In this document: positions 20,577 to 29,296 of the stretch, piece by piece
How the letters are laid out: the number at the start of each line of letters is the position of its first letter
How positions within the stretch are numbered: position 1 is the first letter of the stretch
Source of the DNA: Alphaproteobacteria bacterium
Lineage (GTDB): Bacteria > Pseudomonadota > Alphaproteobacteria > UBA11073
Assembly: GCA_965246945.1 (NCBI GenBank)
Contig: CBDFFW010000001.1
Coordinates: 1,064,311 to 1,128,310 of the forward strand
Direction of reading: 5' to 3'
Length of the DNA: 64,000 bases
The notes under the pieces: generated by a model
What the model saw: the letters and a program-made list of their open reading frames with translations, nothing else
What the model was told of the DNA's origin: nothing
Databases searched by the model: none
Made by a program: the position numbers and the translations under genes

Positions 20577-20704
20577 TGATCCCGATAAAAATCGGGATCC
20601 AGTGATATAAATATGCGCGGTAGCGCTCAAGATAGTTTGTTTTGTGTCATGCTAATAAGCATGACGAGTTTGATCACTGGATTCCGGCTTTCGCCGGAAT
20701 GACG
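20577..20704. repeat. Family B palindromic element, copy B3
   Basis: GATCCCGATAAAAATCGGGATCCAGTG ... central GTCATGCTAATAAGCATGAC ... CACTGGATTCCGGCTTTCGCCGGAATGACG. Confidence 0.8.
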
Positions 20705-20707
20705 ATG

Positions 20708-21475
20708 CTACTTCAACCCAATCAAACTGATCTGGCGGCCATATTGCGTTTTTTTGTGGTGGGTGTTGTGGCGGTAGCTGAAATATTTATCGGGCTGGGT
20801 ATAAGTATCCGCTGCGCAATCATCAAACTGGATAATGCCCGCAGCAGTTAACTGTTGTTTAAGTATGGCGGGCACATCCAATAAATAGTGGTCAGCCCGC
20901 GTGGCCGGTTTAAACGCGGCCGCGTAGTTGGAATTTTTAGCGGTTGCTTGCGCATATACCTCCGCGCCAACTTCGTAACTGGCTTGGCGAATGCACGGGC
21001 CGATGGTTACGATAATATCGGCTAGTTGCGAACCGGCATATTCCATTGCTTGTAATGTCGCCGGCACAATGCCTGCGATCGCGCCGCGCCAACCGGCATG
21101 GGCGGCCCCCACAATTTCGGCGACCGGATCGGCAAACAGCACTGGCACGCAATCGGCGGTTAAGATACCCAATAATAATCCTGGGATACCGGTAATCATG
21201 GCATCCGCCTGTGGTGATTTGCCCATGCGCCAGGGTTCGGTCACCGGTATCACCTGATCGCCATGCACTTGGTGCAGCGTTAAAATATCTTTAGGGCTGC
21301 CGCCAAATTCAGCGGCGACCAAGGTCCGGTTTTCCCAAATATTTTCGGGGGCATCGCCAGATTTGCTGCCGCAATTTAAACTGGCAAAAATACCGGTGCT
21401 AACCCCGCCTTGGTTGCCGAAAAAACCATGTTGAATTCCCAGCTCCTCAGCTAAGCGTGGCGATTGAATAAACAT
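20708..21475 (-). CDS. pgeF: Peptidoglycan editing factor PgeF (YfiH/DUF152 family)
   Basis: TLHQVHGDQV, ADAMITG...LLGILTADCVPVLFAD and GAAHAGWRG are the signature motifs. Confidence 0.8.
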   Translation of the reverse strand: MFIQSPRLAEELGIQHGFFGNQGGVSTGIFASLNCGSKSGDAPENIWENRTLVAAEFGGSPKDILTLHQVHGDQVIPVTEPWRMGKSPQADAMITGIPGLLLGILTADCVPVLFADPVAEIVGAAHAGWRGAIAGIVPATLQAMEYAGSQLADIIVTIGPCIRQASYEVGAEVYAQATAKNSNYAAAFKPATRADHYLLDVPAILKQQLTAAGIIQFDDCAADTYTQPDKYFSYRHNTHHKKTQYGRQISLIGLK

Positions 21476-21491
21476 AATCGAATTTTAACAG

Positions 21492-22625
21492 CTATTTGCT
21501 GCATTCCGCAAGGCTTGGTGCGTGTAATTCTATGGCTTTAAATAAGGTGCCCATTTGGCTAGGCGCGGTTAGGCGTTGGTAACCATTTAATAATTCTAAA
21601 TTCGTTGGCATATCGGCCTTGGTTTGGAGCAATTTTAACCGTTCGGCGATGCCGAGCGCATGCAGCAAATCCGCTTGCGTGATAATTTTTGAAGGGCATA
21701 AATTTTGTGCAATGGCCCAAGTTTTTAAGGCGGCAAAGTTGACATGGCTGGTGAGATCGGCAGCGCCTGGATAAGCCAAAATATCGACCGGTTGATGATT
21801 TTTAACGGCTTGCAATGTGTTGCCAAAAGCATGTTCTGCAAAACCGTAATCAATGAACAAGGCGGCACCGCGTTGTTCTTTTAACTTGGCTGCCAATGGT
21901 GCCAAGGCTTGATGCCGTAAAGCGGAGGATTCGTAAATTGATGTAAACCCTCCCCTTGCGGGAGGGTCGATCCGTGTTAGCGGATCGGGGTGGGGTGGAA
22001 ACTTGTGATTTATTTTCCCCCACCCCGAAAACAGCTGCGCCGTTTTCGACCCTCCCGCCAGGGGAGGGTTAGCCTGTAAATGCAAAATACTATTTTTTTG
22101 CATAACATAAAGTTGCAGCCATTGCTGACCATCCCATTTATATTGTTCAACCGGCAGCGCATCCAAAAATTCATTGGCGAGCGTGATGCTGATGCCAGTT
22201 GGTATTGCCGCGATATTATCGGTCCATTGGGGCGATAAATGATAGGGGCTCCAAGCTTTTGCTTGCTGCCTGCGCAATTCTGGGCTGGTTTCGACGGCAA
22301 ATAGTTGGATACTTTCGCTTGGAATAAATTTTAAAATAACGCGCAAGGCATCAGCCATTAATGTGCCGCGGCCTGGGCCAAGCTCAATCAATTGCCATTG
22401 CGCAGGCTGACCTAAATTGTGCCATTGCTGTACGACCCAAATGCCGAGCATCTCACCGAATAGCTGGGAAATTTCTGGTGCAGTGATGAAATCACCTGTT
22501 TGGCCAATAACATTGCTTTGGGCATAATAATGCTGATTGCTCAGCGCCATATAGTGGCCGAAGGTTAATCGGCCATTATTATTGGCAAAGGCAGCGGCAA
22601 GCGGTTCAGGCAACAAGGGTAACAT
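21492..22625 (-). CDS. MidA/NDUFAF7-like class I SAM-dependent methyltransferase interrupted in-frame by a family C palindromic element
   Basis: FITAPEISQLFGEMLG and LIELGPGRGTLMADAL match the MidA family. A 41-42 aa low-complexity insert (…LAGGSKTAQLFSGWGKINHKFPPHPDPLTRIDPPARGGFTSI…) is encoded exactly by the palindromic element at 21946-22070. The start was set at an internal Met because the longest ORF overlaps lgt. Confidence 0.7.
   Translation of the reverse strand: MLPLLPEPLAAAFANNNGRLTFGHYMALSNQHYYAQSNVIGQTGDFITAPEISQLFGEMLGIWVVQQWHNLGQPAQWQLIELGPGRGTLMADALRVILKFIPSESIQLFAVETSPELRRQQAKAWSPYHLSPQWTDNIAAIPTGISITLANEFLDALPVEQYKWDGQQWLQLYVMQKNSILHLQANPPLAGGSKTAQLFSGWGKINHKFPPHPDPLTRIDPPARGGFTSIYESSALRHQALAPLAAKLKEQRGAALFIDYGFAEHAFGNTLQAVKNHQPVDILAYPGAADLTSHVNFAALKTWAIAQNLCPSKIITQADLLHALGIAERLKLLQTKADMPTNLELLNGYQRLTAPSQMGTLFKAIELHAPSLAECSK
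21946..22070. repeat. Family C palindromic element (three hairpins), in-frame inside a CDS
   Basis: AAACCCTCCCCTTGCGGGAGGGTCGA ... CGGGGTGGGG...CCCCACCCCG ... TCGACCCTCCCGCCAGGGGAGGGTT. It is about 125 bp and is more GC-rich than the surrounding gene. Confidence 0.8.
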
Positions 22626-23403
22626 GTTTACGGGGCCGCAAGATAAGCCATAAGCCAAATACAATCATGGGCGCTGATAGCAACTGGCCCATGGTGAGTG
22701 AGCCGAACATAAAACCGAGCTGTGCATCGGGTTCGCGGAATTGTTCCACGATAATACGGCATAGGGCATAGCCCACCAAAAATGCGCCGCCGATCATCCC
22801 TGGCTTGGCACGCATGCGTGGTTGGCGAATCATTAGCCATAGCACCGTAAATAAAACGAAACCTTCCAAACCCGTTTCATATAACTGGCTGGGATGGCGG
22901 GGCAAGGGACCACCATGCGGGAAGACCATGCCCCATGGCACATCCGTCACACGGCCAAACAACTCGCCATTAACAAAATTAGCCAAGCGGCCTAGCCCTA
23001 AACCGATTGGAGTGGCGGCCGCGAAATAATCCATCACGCTGAGAAAACGGATTTTTTGAAAATAGGTATATAAAGCGGCCGCGGTGATTACCCCCAGCAT
23101 CCCACCATGAAAAGACATGCCGCCTTGCCAGATATGCAAAATATCGGCCGGATGTTCCAGATACATCGGTAAATTATAAAACAGCACATAGCCTAAGCGG
23201 CCGCCCAAGATAGTCCCTAAAATCGCCCAGGTTACGGCATTTTGCAGATCGTCATAATTCGGGCGTTGCGGTGCAGGCGGCAGATACCTTTTGACGTAGG
23301 CAAGGCCAAGAATAAAACCGGCCACATAAGCCAGCGCATACCAGCGTATGGCCAGCGGGCCAATCTGTGCAGCGACAGGGTTGAATTCAGGTAAAATAAT
23401 CAC
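22606..23403 (-). CDS. lgt: Prolipoprotein diacylglyceryl transferase
   Basis: 265 aa polytopic membrane protein with the Lgt signature region (…YALAYVAGFILG…GGRLGYVLFYN…). Confidence 0.85.
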   Translation of the reverse strand: MIILPEFNPVAAQIGPLAIRWYALAYVAGFILGLAYVKRYLPPAPQRPNYDDLQNAVTWAILGTILGGRLGYVLFYNLPMYLEHPADILHIWQGGMSFHGGMLGVITAAALYTYFQKIRFLSVMDYFAAATPIGLGLGRLANFVNGELFGRVTDVPWGMVFPHGGPLPRHPSQLYETGLEGFVLFTVLWLMIRQPRMRAKPGMIGGAFLVGYALCRIIVEQFREPDAQLGFMFGSLTMGQLLSAPMIVFGLWLILRPRKHVTLVA

Positions 23404-23502
23404 AATTTCAAAACCTTGGGAATTTTGTCAGATTTTGTCAATGCCGGCCGCAAGTAAAGCATGGGCTATCTTTTGACCAGGCTTTCGGTTAAAAATTGAA
23501 TC

Positions 23503-24009
23503 ATGATGATGCAGAAATTAAGCCGCTTTATTGTGCCAGTGAATGATCCGCTGCTGGTGGCAGAAGAAGTAATTAACCGCCGCGGCTGGAGCCATGAGCG
23601 GCCTTCTAAGGCAGAAATAACCTTAACCCGCCAAGGTTCCTGGGGCAACTATCATTTGTATATGGCATGGCTGGAAGAAATGCAGATTATGCAATTCTGC
23701 TGCGTTTATGGTTTTTCGGTGCAAAATGCTAAACAGGCGCAATTACATGAATTGCTGAGCTTGTTGAATGAGCGCATGTGGCTCGGTCATTTTGAATATG
23801 ATAGTGCCGAACAATCGGTGTTATTCCGTCATAATATGCGGGTAATTGAACAAGAACAGAATATCGGCCAGCAAATTGATGATTTGATGCAAATTGCCAT
23901 TGAGCAATGCGAAAAATTCTATCCGGCTTTCCAATTTGTGTTATGGGGCGGCAAAAGTCCGGCGGAAGCGATTGAAGCATGCTTGCTGCCGGTGGCGGGT
24001 CATGCCTAA
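23503..24009 (+). CDS. YbjN-domain protein (putative sensory transduction regulator family)
   Basis: 168 aa, the size and hydrophobic pattern of PF10722-like proteins. Weak call. Confidence 0.45.
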   Translation: MMMQKLSRFIVPVNDPLLVAEEVINRRGWSHERPSKAEITLTRQGSWGNYHLYMAWLEEMQIMQFCCVYGFSVQNAKQAQLHELLSLLNERMWLGHFEYDSAEQSVLFRHNMRVIEQEQNIGQQIDDLMQIAIEQCEKFYPAFQFVLWGGKSPAEAIEACLLPVAGHA

Positions 24010-24018
24010 ATAAGGGCA

Positions 24019-25005
24019 ATGTCCTTTAATCATTTGTTACGACGTTTAACATATCGTCAAACCATCACCTTGCTAACCGCTGGCGTGCTGGCTGCCATTG
24101 TGTTTGTGGCCGCGGTTGCCTGGGTGCGCCATCCTGGTCCGCTTAACGCCTCGCAAACCGTGATTATTCCAGCGGGGCAGGGCCGCCAGCAAATTTCGGA
24201 AATCTTGAAAAACGAAGGGGTGATTAGCAGCGCCACTGCTTTTCAATGGCTTGTTTTACTTTATGGCCAGCATGGCAAATTAAAGGCGGGAGAATATTTA
24301 TTCCCGCCGCAAGCCAATATTGTACAGGTCATTATGCAAATGGCCCGCGGGGATGTGATTGTGCATCAGCTGACCATTCCTGAAGGTTTAACTGTGAAGC
24401 AGATTGTGGTATTGCTAAATAGCCATAATGACTTGATCGGCAATATTGAGAAATTACCGCCAGAGGGCAGCCTGTGGCCAGAAACCTATCAATATCGCTA
24501 TGGCGAAAGCCGCACAGCAATTTTGGCGCGGCTGCAACGCATGCAGCAAAAACAGATAGCGGCCTTGCAAGCAGTGGCGCCCATTTTGCCAGCTGAATTG
24601 CCGGATTGGCAGGCGGTCATTAATTTGGCGGCGTTGGTGGAACGTGAAACGGCGGTGGCCGCGGAACGGCCGCGCGTGGCCGGTGTTTATCTCAACCGCC
24701 TCCGCATCGGCATGCCGCTGCAGGCCGATCCCACTGTGATTTACGGAATTAGCGATGGCACGGCAACCATGTTGCATGGCCTAACCCACGCCGATTTGCA
24801 AACTCCTAATTCCTATAACACCTATTTAAATAAGGGGTTGCCGCCGACACCGATTGCCAATCCTGGCATGGCCTCAATCAAAGCGGTATTACAGCCAGAA
24901 GCGCATAATTATCTATACTTCGTCGCCGACGGCCATGGCGGCCATCGTTTCTCCGCGACTTACAGTGAACATCAGGCGAATATTAGGGAATGGCTGCGGC
25001 GTTAA
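24019..25005 (+). CDS. mltG: Endolytic murein transglycosylase MltG (YceG-like)
   Basis: N-terminal TM anchor, LKAGEY, ERETAVAAERPRVAGVYLNRL, DPTVIYG, YNTYLNKGLPPTPIANPG and YLYFVADGHGGHRFS. Confidence 0.85.
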   Translation: MSFNHLLRRLTYRQTITLLTAGVLAAIVFVAAVAWVRHPGPLNASQTVIIPAGQGRQQISEILKNEGVISSATAFQWLVLLYGQHGKLKAGEYLFPPQANIVQVIMQMARGDVIVHQLTIPEGLTVKQIVVLLNSHNDLIGNIEKLPPEGSLWPETYQYRYGESRTAILARLQRMQQKQIAALQAVAPILPAELPDWQAVINLAALVERETAVAAERPRVAGVYLNRLRIGMPLQADPTVIYGISDGTATMLHGLTHADLQTPNSYNTYLNKGLPPTPIANPGMASIKAVLQPEAHNYLYFVADGHGGHRFSATYSEHQANIREWLRR

Positions 25006-25012
25006 TCATGTC

Positions 25013-25099
25013 GTCATCCCAGCGCAAGCTGGCATCCAAACGCAACTAACAAATTCATTGTCGGTGCTGGACTAGATCCCGGCTTGCGCTGGGATGACG
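25013..25099. repeat. Family B palindromic element, short variant B4
   Basis: GTCATCCCAGCGCAAGCTGG ... CTAGATCCCGGCTTGCGCTGGGATGACG. It sits between convergent mltG and pyrF. Confidence 0.75.
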
Positions 25100-25107
25100 C
25101 TAGCATT

Positions 25108-25815
25108 TTAAATGCTTGCCAAAATTGCTTTAACCGCTGTTGCAGGATCAGCTGCCTGGCTGATCGGGCGGCCAATGACGAGGTGGGTGGCACCGGCTTT
25201 GATGGCTTCAACGGGTGTGAGCGTGCGGGCTTGGTCGTCGCCTTTAACTGCAGTATCAGCGGGGCGGATGCCAGGGGTGATGAAGATGGCTTCAGTTCCG
25301 AATTGTTCGCGCAGGCGGGCGACATCGGTGGCCGCACAAACAATCCCGTCGCAGCCGTTATTAAGCGCTAGGCCAGCCAACCGCTTTACCTGTGCTGAAA
25401 CATCATCGCTTTGCCCCACATCCATTAAGTCATTGCTGGCGAGGGAAGTAAGCACGGTCACGCCGAGCAATTGCGGGCGGGCGATGCCTAAGCGCGTGGC
25501 TTCGCTTGCCACGGCTTGGCGGGCGGCTTGCAGCATGGCCGCGCCGCCGCTGGCATGCAGTGTGATAAAATTGGGTTGCAGGGGCACCAAGGCTTTCAAT
25601 GCTTGGGCGACCGTATTGGGAATATCGTGTAACTTCAAATCCAGGAACAGGATCGAACCGGCTGGCCGCACCGCTTGAATACCGGCGGGGCCATGGGCGC
25701 AGAAGAATTCAAGGCCGAGTTTTAAAGTGCCGGTATGCGGTGTGGCGGCGGCGATTAGCTTTTCAGCTACTGTGCGGTCCGCCGTATCAATCGCACAAAA
25801 AATTAGGTTTTTCAT
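25108..25815 (-). CDS. pyrF: Orotidine 5'-phosphate decarboxylase
   Basis: LIFCAIDT, LKLGLEFF, FLDLKLHDIPNTV and GVTVLTSL motifs. The start is at the internal Met (MKNLIF...). The longer ORF would run through repeat A2. Confidence 0.85.
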   Translation of the reverse strand: MKNLIFCAIDTADRTVAEKLIAAATPHTGTLKLGLEFFCAHGPAGIQAVRPAGSILFLDLKLHDIPNTVAQALKALVPLQPNFITLHASGGAAMLQAARQAVASEATRLGIARPQLLGVTVLTSLASNDLMDVGQSDDVSAQVKRLAGLALNNGCDGIVCAATDVARLREQFGTEAIFITPGIRPADTAVKGDDQARTLTPVEAIKAGATHLVIGRPISQAADPATAVKAILASI

Positions 25816-25827
25816 CGCTCCCTCATA

Positions 25828-25934
25828 CCTCATCCTGAGTAGCCATGCAAAGTATGGCGTATCGAAGGATGCTTGACCAGAGTATAGCGTTGGAGCATCC
25901 CTCAATACGCGCTTTGCGCTACTCAGGATGAGGT
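25828..25934. repeat. Family A nested palindromic element, copy A2
   Basis: ACCTCATCCTGAGTAG...GTATCGAAGGATGC...GCATCCCTCAATAC...CTACTCAGGATGAGGT. Confidence 0.85.
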
Positions 25935-25940
25935 TGGTGC

Positions 25941-26669
25941 TTAATTCATTTTTGGCAATAATGCCAAAATGGTTTCGCCGCCTTGCACATTTTGATTTTC
26001 GTAAACGGACAAGGCAAAGCTCAGCGGAATATATAAGCGCATTAAGCCGCCAAAATGGCTGGCACCATAGCGCTGGCTTTGTAACAACAGATCGCCGGCT
26101 TGCGTGTCTAAATCAATTCGGGCAGGAATGATGCCGCCTACATGTTCAATAGCGATTTGCTGGCTGCCTTGGCTAATGATGAGCAGGCCGCGTTCTGTTA
26201 GCGGCGTTTCACCATCATCATTTTTTTGCCATTCGGCCAACCACTGACCCGTTTGGTAATCCAGGGCCGCAATGGTGCCAGAAATTGGACTGCGCAGGCT
26301 GTGGGGATGAAAGAGCCGCGAATAAATTTCAACACAGTGATATTCTTGCCAAGGTGCTTGGGCCAACCCACTGATGGTTGGCAAAGTACCTTTACTTACT
26401 TTTAGCACTTCGCCATCCACCGGACTAACCAATACACCTGGAATATTCGGTACCTGGCGTTTGGGTTCGCGGAATAGCCAAAAGCTGATCACGGCCAGCC
26501 AGCCAAACCAAAACGCCAGCGAGGATTGCAACAGTGAGAATAGCACCGTACCCGCGGCCGCAGCTAAAACATGAGGCAGACCAGCGGGGTGCAGGCGCTG
26601 TTGCCAGATAAAAGACAGATTGTGCTGAAGATAAGCACCCATCTGCCGGGCAATTTTTGACCACTGCAT
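25941..26669 (-). CDS. psd: Phosphatidylserine decarboxylase family proenzyme (short type), tentative
   Basis: N-terminal membrane segment, an SPVDGEV motif and a C-terminal Gly-rich region. The canonical GST cleavage motif is not obvious (the protein has ...YGASHFGG...), hence the moderate confidence. Confidence 0.5.
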   Translation of the reverse strand: MQWSKIARQMGAYLQHNLSFIWQQRLHPAGLPHVLAAAAGTVLFSLLQSSLAFWFGWLAVISFWLFREPKRQVPNIPGVLVSPVDGEVLKVSKGTLPTISGLAQAPWQEYHCVEIYSRLFHPHSLRSPISGTIAALDYQTGQWLAEWQKNDDGETPLTERGLLIISQGSQQIAIEHVGGIIPARIDLDTQAGDLLLQSQRYGASHFGGLMRLYIPLSFALSVYENQNVQGGETILALLPKMN

Positions 26670-26717
26670 TTGTGGGGATTATTAGTTATAATATACAAAT
26701 CTACAAGCTTCTCTTCA

Positions 26718-26823
26718 CCTCGTCCTGAGTAGGGCATCGCCCGTATCGAAGGATGCTCCAGCTATATACCTTGGTTAAGCATCCTTCGATACAAACGTTA
26801 AGGCGTTCTAATCAGAATGAGGT
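26718..26823. repeat. Family A nested palindromic element, copy A3 (right outer arm degenerate)
   Basis: CCTCGTCCTGAGTAG...GTATCGAAGGATGC...GCATCCTTCGATAC...CTAATCAGAATGAGG. Confidence 0.8.
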
Positions 26824-26874
26824 TTGTTGAATTTGTTGAAGCATGTTGCAGCGCATGGCACAAATAGTCGTTCA

Positions 26875-27471
26875 ATGTCTGAACTTCCTGCGCATATTAA
26901 GAATATTTGTGTTTATACCGGTTCTTCCATTCGGGTGGACCCGCTTTACCACCAGGTGGCCAAGGATATGGGCGCAGCGATTGCGGCGCGCGATTTGGGT
27001 TTGGTGTATGGCGGCGGGCGCGTTGGTTTAATGGGCTTATGCGCCGATGCCGCCCTGGCCGCCGGCGCACCGGTTACCGGCGTTATTCCCGCGCATTTGC
27101 AGCAATGGGAAGTGGAACATAAAGACCTGACCGAGCTTATCCTGGTGGATAGCATGCATAACCGGAAGCGCATGATGGTGGAACGGTCTGATGCGTTTGT
27201 GGTGCTGCCTGGCGGGTTTGGTACCTTGGATGAAACGTTTGAAATTATGACCTGGAAACAGGTGCATTTACACGATAAGCCGATTGTGATTTTGAATATC
27301 AACAATTATTGGGACCCATTATTGCAGTTAATCAAACATGTGGTCGATACCGGCTTTGCGCATGCCACGCATATTAATTTGTTTAAAGTTGCGTATAGTG
27401 TGGATGAAGTGTTTGAACTGCTGGCTGGTAATGAACCACCGGTAATTGGTCCAAGATTTAAATGGATGTAG
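26875..27471 (+). CDS. LOG family protein (TIGR00730 Rossmann fold, cytokinin riboside 5'-monophosphate phosphoribohydrolase-like)
   Basis: ICVYTGSS, VYGGGRVGLMG and PGGFGTLDE motifs. The longest ORF starts at 26824, the base after repeat A3, so the internal Met (MSELPAH...) was chosen. Confidence 0.75.
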   Translation: MSELPAHIKNICVYTGSSIRVDPLYHQVAKDMGAAIAARDLGLVYGGGRVGLMGLCADAALAAGAPVTGVIPAHLQQWEVEHKDLTELILVDSMHNRKRMMVERSDAFVVLPGGFGTLDETFEIMTWKQVHLHDKPIVILNINNYWDPLLQLIKHVVDTGFAHATHINLFKVAYSVDEVFELLAGNEPPVIGPRFKWM

Positions 27472-27474
27472 CAC

Positions 27475-28098
27475 ATGACAATTGCTGAAGTTCTGGTATT
27501 GACGACGATTTGTTTTTTGGGCATGGCCAGCCCAGGGCCAGATTTTATTTTGATTACGCGCAATGCGCTGACGCAAAAACGTGGGGCCGCATTGGCCACA
27601 GCGTTTGGCGTGATTGCCGGTTGTTTGGTGCACGCTACTTATTGCTTATTGGGTTTGGCCTTCATCATCACGCAAAGTATTTTGGTGTATAGCACGCTTA
27701 AATATCTGGGCGCTGGGTATCTAATTTATATTGGGATTAAAGGGTTGCTTAGTAAGAAACCGAAAGTAGATCAGTTACAGTTCAAAAGTGCAGCACCGCT
27801 GTCTTGGCGGGCGGCATTTATGCAGGGTTTTTTATGCAATGTATTGAACCCAAAATTGGCTGTGTTTTTACTAAGTTTGTTTACGCAATTCATTAAACCG
27901 GATGCGCCATTTGGGCAGAAAGCAATTTTAACCAGTATTTTTGTGCTAGAGTCAGCTATTTATTGGCCATTATTGGTGCTGGCATTTCAATTGCCCCTTA
28001 TCCGGCAGCGTCTGCAGATGCTTCAGCATCATATCGATAAAATTTGCGGTGTAATTTTGATTGGTTTGGGTGCGAAAGTGGCGTTGAGTAGAAACTAA
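27475..28098 (+). CDS. LysE/RhtB family amino-acid efflux translocator
   Basis: 207 aa, six TM helices, N-terminal ...GMASPGPDFILI... typical of LysE-type translocators. Confidence 0.75.
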   Translation: MTIAEVLVLTTICFLGMASPGPDFILITRNALTQKRGAALATAFGVIAGCLVHATYCLLGLAFIITQSILVYSTLKYLGAGYLIYIGIKGLLSKKPKVDQLQFKSAAPLSWRAAFMQGFLCNVLNPKLAVFLLSLFTQFIKPDAPFGQKAILTSIFVLESAIYWPLLVLAFQLPLIRQRLQMLQHHIDKICGVILIGLGAKVALSRN

Positions 28099-28195
28099 TT
28101 TCACTGTTATCCTCACTCGCTTTAAACCAAATTTAAATGGATATAAAATCATCGTTTCCATTGAAATATGGAAACGATGATTAAGAAATAATTAG

Positions 28196-28876
28196 TTATG
28201 GTGTTGCAACCGGAGCTGGGGTTAACACTGGCGCTTTGCCAACATCACGAGAATCAAATGCCGCTTCTGAAAAGCCTTCTTCGGTATATTCTTTTGCATA
28301 TTTGGTAGTAACAGCTGCAATCGCCTTTCTAACGGCTACTAAATTATCTGAATTGCCTAAAAACAAACCAATTCTATTCATCGTTGCATCGGCTTGTTCA
28401 ACTTTATCAGGCGATACATCATAATCATTTGTAAAATTAACATATGGTTCGACGTTTTTAAGTCCGTAGGTTAAATGACCGCTTTTAGTATCAACGTCGA
28501 CTGAAAAAGTTTTATTTCCAAATTCTACATTTGCAGTATTTCTTGAAGGTCTATAAATATTACCGCTAACTTCGACTTTAAAATTTTTACCACCAAGAAT
28601 TTTGACAATAACCTGCTTACCAAATGTTTTGCCTTTTATCAGCATAGTTTGCTGGCCTACTAGGCTGGCGACAGTTTGGACACATTTGTGATAACCCATT
28701 ACTGTTACCGGTGCGACGGTTATGGGTTGGCTTTTCTCTAACTGTTGTGTTTTACCACACCCGCTACCAAAAGCAGCAAATACAGTCATAGTAGCGGCAG
28801 CGCCAAATGCAGCTAAATATCTTGGAGTAAATTTTTTCATCATTTTTTCTGTGAGCAATTCGATTATTGCATGCAA
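28196..28876 (-). CDS. Hypothetical lipoprotein
   Basis: Signal peptide with a lipobox (…AAFGSGC GK). AT-rich coding sequence. No family recognised. Confidence 0.4.
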   Translation of the reverse strand: MHAIIELLTEKMMKKFTPRYLAAFGAAATMTVFAAFGSGCGKTQQLEKSQPITVAPVTVMGYHKCVQTVASLVGQQTMLIKGKTFGKQVIVKILGGKNFKVEVSGNIYRPSRNTANVEFGNKTFSVDVDTKSGHLTYGLKNVEPYVNFTNDYDVSPDKVEQADATMNRIGLFLGNSDNLVAVRKAIAAVTTKYAKEYTEEGFSEAAFDSRDVGKAPVLTPAPVATP

Positions 28877-28991
28877 TATAATGCAAGTATTGATATTTTA
28901 ACAATTAAATATGTTCTCACTAGGAATTCAGCTTATACAATTTCTGGCAGTACAGTTTGGCCAATATGGTCGATTTGCTAGCTGTAACTTA

Positions 28992-29252
28992 TCAAACAAA
29001 TGCATCTTCCATATCCAAACGGCGTTTGATGCGACCGACATCATCACCTAAGCGGTCTAAACGCAGTTGTATGCGGGCAATTGCGCCAGCCATGCTGTTT
29101 ATTTCTGATCGGGTACTGATAATATGCATATCCATATCGGCAATGCGTTCACGCTGTTCCCGCATTTCATCTTGCATACTGCCCAAAGTACTGCGTATTT
29201 GGCGTAAATGCTCCAGCACTAGATTGGTTGGCTCGTCGGTCATTATTAACAA
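28992..29252 (-). CDS. Small hypothetical coiled-coil protein
   Basis: 86 aa, charged heptad-like sequence (…MQDEMREQRERIADMDMHIISTRSEINSMAGAIARIQLRLDRLGDDVGRIKRRL…). Confidence 0.3.
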   Translation of the reverse strand: MLIMTDEPTNLVLEHLRQIRSTLGSMQDEMREQRERIADMDMHIISTRSEINSMAGAIARIQLRLDRLGDDVGRIKRRLDMEDAFV

Positions 29253-29296
29253 TTATATAGGTTTTTGGGGCATAAACCAATGAAATTTTGAATAAA

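Noticed and set aside
20642-20851. A 69 aa ORF starts inside repeat B3, and similar ORFs at 13223-13525 and 15190-15387 span repeats.
   Set aside because: The reading frames are created by the repeat sequence itself and overlap neighbouring genes. They show no coding signal.
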